Source: a virus. Taken from it: a DNA stretch of 64,000 bases. Every line of letters begins with the position of its first letter. Position 1 is the first letter of the stretch. Shown one piece after another: positions 61,501-64,000 of the stretch. Position numbers and translations under genes: made by a program. The stretch spans positions 1 to 64,000 of the IMG/VR virus record IMGVR_UViG_3300045970_000382; one strand, 5' to 3'. Below the pieces are notes generated by a model that ran no database searches, was not told the origin of the DNA, and worked only from the letters and a program-made list of their open reading frames with translations.

Positions 61501-61599
61501 GCTAATCTTATTGAAGGGGAATATTCAGTAGTCTTAGATCCTGATGTTGAAAAAAGATTAAAAGTCCACAGTAAGATAATATTGGGAGAAGATGCCTAA
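55570..61599 (+). CDS. 2009-aa beta-repeat virion/fibre-like protein
   Basis: Degenerate ~22-26 aa repeats (G.L...T....F/I), Ile/Phe-rich; C-terminal VRVY..ETGE beta domain. Confidence 0.6.
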   Translation: MSNYVPTPSTNINLVFLEELLPPLGNDVDLELSRVVLYGELICTTDDILLDLVLYHYIWEKTLNLVVTTDDIVTDVHIAPNEGLWYLVPQQPIVFAFIDDTYTIPGAANVPFTFTPLTVQFKFLKFTVTADNVSIDLELFTQDIRDRFITYTLPTVGLFTAFFARPAFFTWISSLATILPLFACKYIPPRTANIFSTLANGSCSISGIVPIPVTGTLAATLGYTSCSVLGIVPIRIYIIFSTTLDNITPTFSLLRWDSVQGSFDCNTGSCSVIFNLYKAPVGNWLSTTENNTDLFTAVHLVGRLNSILAVNTSIFRTVHIVGILDSNTNCVFYLTGIIPIRIYLTLDFTTGTVIWVPLKEMIAEFSIDYYLDASDSIEHIQDISYFGDARNLFNNVHILTYINDAPNDLPIIQNLNYLSNLTSSEIIVNEEYALEGLADEHNYILQQYSVNLKESVIFEVLEYLVEVSLNKSNVITNSYSNILVSTEYINEISSSIIVEEQTDEAHFYWDLDTINLYQDSYSVNYELQSPTAAIINIVPDTPVTIIRFLVSLGAVIQGFTSSINVEIFLHIMEPKTIDLSFITDDSLFDSRGYSVLKIIIDAHTHNDYSLFSIVTFYGRLSITTASVISVIRGGIPTLISMNLITNKDVSLTTGHFLLTAASNYLVYINIDTGSVQANIFGVGANLGSLFVSGNPNEVYNLTDPITHKILRYWYALGVIFNGMIINPYALRAEIITPMVVCRFVALIPEPRQLTLALNLSPVIFRGRGYIRVTLIFNVILNNINGVFTLGYTNTKLQMDLFTAISRSTLSLTTPIRIYVDFRANTGDIHSDIFIRLSSLGKLQSDTLDSTSRIWGVQMVGTFDVVSRNVIPILELRIPFGITLAGDTGCPLGNIDLKVPIQINIRFDCAFDNALGGFKLRNPIVGSLETTTAFMFPKILISSIIGRLSTVTNNYLYINFYLKHRDLQTLELDLELEDCSSKIKGRIITNFRINLTMSDNYSIIMMKAPIYNVLDFRTSLFDNIPTFVLRNGKATFVIIEKLLPNSIAQIYCYYPLIGFFNVVLNDVFLNLKIKVPERYLVDFTPDTVTAFFDIRMAIPVFGYVNGLIHNDLSYFRGSATLGIMAIFPPAIKIVSFKLSVAVRISVKFLSTLELINFRLNSWVDVVGILSGINEELFKEEDPQFDHQLMLNQQQRSGVTSLFRLFTYVMPTAISGRLLQFLPNVFPNFVLNNPTNGIRFNVYVTAYGNINLVSLVQGEFIIETEDLRSCEIILNLKATSGIITSQLKNSSANFKGSIDIAVFLDKVTELVKPFILLEVKSTRHGSLIFRTQNNTGIFVCKSIKDQYAGPWLSVLDNVKFVLFQLKIPYRLYCVIDSNTVRCYCNIAIHVSCGGRLSSETDSVLPTILSQDSNLRILLITEDLIGKIKLGIAPAVDGLFKVITEKFIVDIHLKTPTSGHLFVVTAPPSLVRFRMNKEIYGKMVPWDYIVSNNPPLYKLDLKDPIYQGIDITEWMFDPTKCDIFKRTAFVIPQIELYTPIPAKIRMNLLPGKEEQFADTYMVWNSYINKWEWGTTRTLPNPWFSASGIVDIFGFMETGITGVKEVLFYLSIKVFSGKWESKLDGVKKTDLRLRNVFSIGFFLEFQTGPATFYIAATATNPSYFAIITDHVNCAIYATAPFFAFCDLESTTESIKIRIVIDVVLYKWAFIFTQTVDSVAVITGLISFSLNRIELITQDIISDILLIEYFILGRMNAYLRACTVRMKINTTGLNPIIGYFITHTDSIIFHTEIYASTGLFILVGTKNATMNFIGKVARPLVIDFYFRTENSLSAIYLVAPISGLLQSNLQDIENDLQLLYIKPIIGHLFSDSDSISCNIRLYIPVYLTLDLILQDIITDMDIRVMVTLTLESILESSVYFGRVNIYEKEVEQISDLYYDIEGEILPDSPTSTFNKKGFVRVYSGETGELVKEVYTTGSTYKIANLIEGEYSVVLDPDVEKRLKVHSKIILGEDA

Positions 61600-61699
61600 C
61601 TAGTTTATTATATCTATGTTAAAATATAGATTGAATTAAAGAACTATGCTTAGTAATTGCTAGGCATTTAAATAAAAACACTATAGGAATCAAAGACTT

Positions 61700-62467
61700 A
61701 TGACAATCAAATTTGCCACCGCTATAAGAAATTCCCGTGCAGGATCCATAGCCACAGCGATAGATGCTGGAGCTACTCCAGGAACTCTTAAACTTTACAC
61801 AGGTAGTAGACCTGCCACTTCTGGAGGTGCTATTGATCCTTTCAACAACATTCTATTAGGTACATTGACATTCAGTAAACCATGTTCAGCTTCTATTGAT
61901 AATGGTGTATTAACATTTTCTGCCATTGCTCAAGACACGGCTGCGGATAATAACGGAACTGCAAGTTGGGCACGGATCAATAACGGGGATGGTGGTTACG
62001 TTATGGATCTTGATGTTTCAAACAATAGCGGAAGCGGGGACATAAAACTTAATGAGATTATAGAAATAGAAATCTCTGGGTTCATTGCAGAGTAATCTGC
62101 AACAGCAAACTATGTGAATTGCTGGGATCTCTTATTCATTATCGGGTGAATAAGACAATCAGCAGCCAAGCTAAAATGGATTTTGGAAGGTTCAACGACT
62201 ATCCAAAGCAGATGGATTATTTAAAATAATCCGGGTAAGTGAGTAGAGTACGAATCAAGTGATTCGGAAGTGCATAGCCCCTAATTAAGATAGCATGATG
62301 CTAGGTAGGGTGAAGAAATAGTCTCAACATTACAGGTGACTGTAAGCAGCTTTAAAAAGCGGAATAGATTTAACGAATCTATTTGAAGGTGATGCAATAG
62401 TACCGATATAATCCAAGGAGGACCTATCAGCGTGATCTCGGCATCTATAACCGAAGGAAACGCCTAG
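61700..62467 (+). CDS. Small virion-associated protein, 140 aa, spliced (exons 61700-62049 and 62395-62467)
   Basis: Splicing gives ...GDIKL-NSTDIIQGGPISVISASITEGNA* in frame. Confidence 0.8.
62050..62394 (+). ncRNA. Group I self-splicing intron (ORF-less, 345 nt)
   Basis: P AATTGCTGGG, Q AATCAGCAGCC, R TTCAACGACTAT, S AAGAAATAGTCT (P7 GACTAT/ATAGTC); exon ends in U with P1 AACU/GGUU wobble; terminal G 62394. Confidence 0.9.
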
Positions 62468-62488
62468 CTTGTATAACTGCTTTAATGC

Positions 62489-62548
62489 TTGACAAATCCT
62501 TTTAGTTGGTTTAAACTCTTAGTCGTAAATTAACCGACTAAGAGGATT
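62489..62548 (+). promoter_or_regulatory. Promoter inside RBS-occluding hairpins of the HNH gene
   Basis: TTGACA-17-TAAACT; AAATCCTTTTAGTTGGTT and CTCTTAGTCG can each pair with (AAC)CGACTAAGAG(GATTT), which contains the RBS. Confidence 0.7.
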
Positions 62549-62553
62549 TTCAA

Positions 62554-63276
62554 ATGTTAAAAAAATTATGTAAAGAGAGTGGATGTGATAGACCTGCGAG
62601 AGCTATAGGTTTATGTACTCTTCACTATAATAGATTAAAACCTATAAAGAATTTAAAAAAATGTTCTGTTGAAAATTGTGTACAATTAACAGCAGGAAAA
62701 AATGGAGTATGTAAAGAACATTATCAAGAATTTTTAAGAAATGGTACGATAAAAAGTTATGAAAGGGATCCAATAGAAATTAGATTTAAATCTAAATATA
62801 AAGTAGATTTAAATACAGATTGTTGGAATTGGACTGCTAGTAAGGATGATTGTGGTTATGGTTATTTCTTAAAAGATGGTAGACCACATAGAGCACATAG
62901 AATTAGTTATGAATTTCATAAAGGTCCTATTCCAGAAGGAATAGAAGTTTGTCATACTTGTGATAATCCTCCTTGTGTTAATCCAGATCATTTATTTCTT
63001 GGAACACATAAAGTAAATATGGGTGATATGGTTAATAAAGGAAGAAGTAAAGGTACTCCTGGAGAAGCCCACAATAAAGCTAAATTGACAGATGAAAAAG
63101 TTTTAGAGATACGACGACTTTTTAATGCTGGATATTCTGAATCAGCTTTAGTAAAGAAATTCAAAGTTTGTCAGAGTACGATAAATAGAGTTATACTAAG
63201 ACAGACTTGGTCTCATGTAAAAGAACCTGAACCTGAAAAATTAACATTTAAAACACGAGTTAAAACTCATGTTTAA
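62554..63276 (+). CDS. Free-standing HNH endonuclease with N-terminal Cys/His repeats and C-terminal HTH
   Basis: CWNW, GYG, RAHRISY, VCHTCDNPPCVNPDHL..GT...N; AKLT...V.EIR HTH. Confidence 0.9.
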   Translation: MLKKLCKESGCDRPARAIGLCTLHYNRLKPIKNLKKCSVENCVQLTAGKNGVCKEHYQEFLRNGTIKSYERDPIEIRFKSKYKVDLNTDCWNWTASKDDCGYGYFLKDGRPHRAHRISYEFHKGPIPEGIEVCHTCDNPPCVNPDHLFLGTHKVNMGDMVNKGRSKGTPGEAHNKAKLTDEKVLEIRRLFNAGYSESALVKKFKVCQSTINRVILRQTWSHVKEPEPEKLTFKTRVKTHV

Positions 63277-63481
63277 AAAAAGAACAAAAACTAGAGTTAG
63301 CAAGCAGATTACTTTAGAACAAGTTGAATTTATTAAATTCAGATTGAAGTCTGGAGAAGATATTCCTTCTTTAGCAAAAGAATATGATCTAACAGTTACA
63401 CGAATTGCTGCGATAGGTAAACACGTTCTTAAAACCCATATTAAAAGTGGTTTGAAACTTCGTAAATGTAGTTTGCGGTAG
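63269..63481 (+). CDS. Small HTH protein resembling the HNH C-terminal HTH
   Basis: ITLEQVEFIK..L.SG.....LAKEY.L....I..I; overlaps the HNH stop. Confidence 0.6.
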   Translation: MFKKRTKTRVSKQITLEQVEFIKFRLKSGEDIPSLAKEYDLTVTRIAAIGKHVLKTHIKSGLKLRKCSLR

Positions 63482-63484
63482 TTC

Positions 63485-63561
63485 GAGAAAGTGGCTGTTT
63501 AAGCCAAGAATCTGGCTGTTTAAGCCATTTTTTCAAATTAGCATTATCAGTGTGAAGCTTT
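63485..63561 (-). repeat. Dispersed 77-bp non-coding element, copy B (inverted)
   Basis: Reverse complement aligns to 26881-26957. Confidence 0.9.
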
Positions 63562-63603
63562 ATACTGTGAAGCTTTAAAACGCTTATTTTTGGGGATAAA
63601 GTT

Positions 63604-63705
63604 ATGGCTATGAAAACACAACAAGATAGAGATTTTGATGCTTTAACTGCAAAAGTAATCGTATTTGTTTTAGTAGTGGTGGCGTTGGTTTTATTTTTTG
63701 TTTAG
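63604..63705 (+). CDS. Small single-TM membrane protein (33 aa)
   Basis: MAMKTQQDRDFDALTAKVIVFVLVVVALVLFFV*; GGGGA RBS. Confidence 0.5.
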   Translation: MAMKTQQDRDFDALTAKVIVFVLVVVALVLFFV

Positions 63706-63714
63706 GAATTAATT

Positions 63715-64000
63715 ATGGCAGTTTCAAGTAATCTTGGGGCGTATGTTCAGCTTAAGTTATCTGGAGGCACAGGTAACCAAGACGGTAATTCTTCATTAGG
63801 TGGAGTAGTTTCAAGTAAAACTATAACCAGCCAGACAGTGGCTACGTTATTAAGTGCAAAACCCTTAAAAAGGTTTGCAATATCTGCCATAACCAGTTCT
63901 GCCAAGCGTAGAACCAATTATCTTATAGATAGCATCACACAAAATTTTACTCTAAATCATAGTCCAGATCCTTTTATTTTAGGATTAACTTGGATTAATG
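63715..64000 (+). CDS. Putative structural protein, partial (runs off the window)
   Basis: AGGA RBS; MAVSSNLG...LSGGTGNQDGNSSLGGVVSS, open to the window end. Confidence 0.55.
   Translation, partial: MAVSSNLGAYVQLKLSGGTGNQDGNSSLGGVVSSKTITSQTVATLLSAKPLKRFAISAITSSAKRRTNYLIDSITQNFTLNHSPDPFILGLTWIN

Noticed and set aside
45937-61599. Diversity-generating retroelement acting on tail fibres
   Set aside because: No reverse transcriptase and no TR/VR pair with adenine-specific differences seen in the window.
62050-62095. C-terminus NEIIEIEISGFIAE of ORF 61700-62095
   Set aside because: This is read-through into intron sequence; the spliced exon 2 gives the coherent ending.
1-64000. Alternative genetic code, tRNA or rRNA genes
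   Set aside because: TAA, TAG and TGA all end well-defined genes and coding density is high under the standard code; no cloverleaf or rRNA signatures were recognised by eye.

Overview
AT-rich segment of a long-tailed dsDNA phage (siphovirus-like; host not identifiable from this window). 1-3150 is a mostly non-coding control region. It holds a CTAG-rich tract, a leftward operon of small unknown genes, two matching intergenic RNA pseudoknots and a modular 47/48-bp tandem array, with 491-3005 bracketed by 47-bp inverted repeats. 3.2-15.4 kb is DNA metabolism: queD/queE (7-deazaguanine pathway), primase, SbcC-like ATPase, dUTPase and a class II ribonucleotide reductase. 15.4-64 kb is morphogenesis: terminase, portal, protease, HK97-type capsid, connectors, major tail protein, frameshifted chaperones, a 3210-aa tape measure, tail tip, three paralogous receptor-binding modules with LamG-like repeats and a 2009-aa repeat protein. 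Self-splicing and homing elements are abundant. nrdJ is fractured into two genes carrying the halves of a naturally split intein around a free-standing Vsr-like endonuclease, and has a second intein at its catalytic Cys. The tape measure carries an intein. A 345-nt ORF-less group I intron interrupts a small virion gene next to a free-standing HNH. An HNH sits inside a duplicated queD 5' end. At least three endonuclease genes have RBS-occluding hairpins, two with embedded promoters. All calls are from motif reading by eye; no database searches were run.
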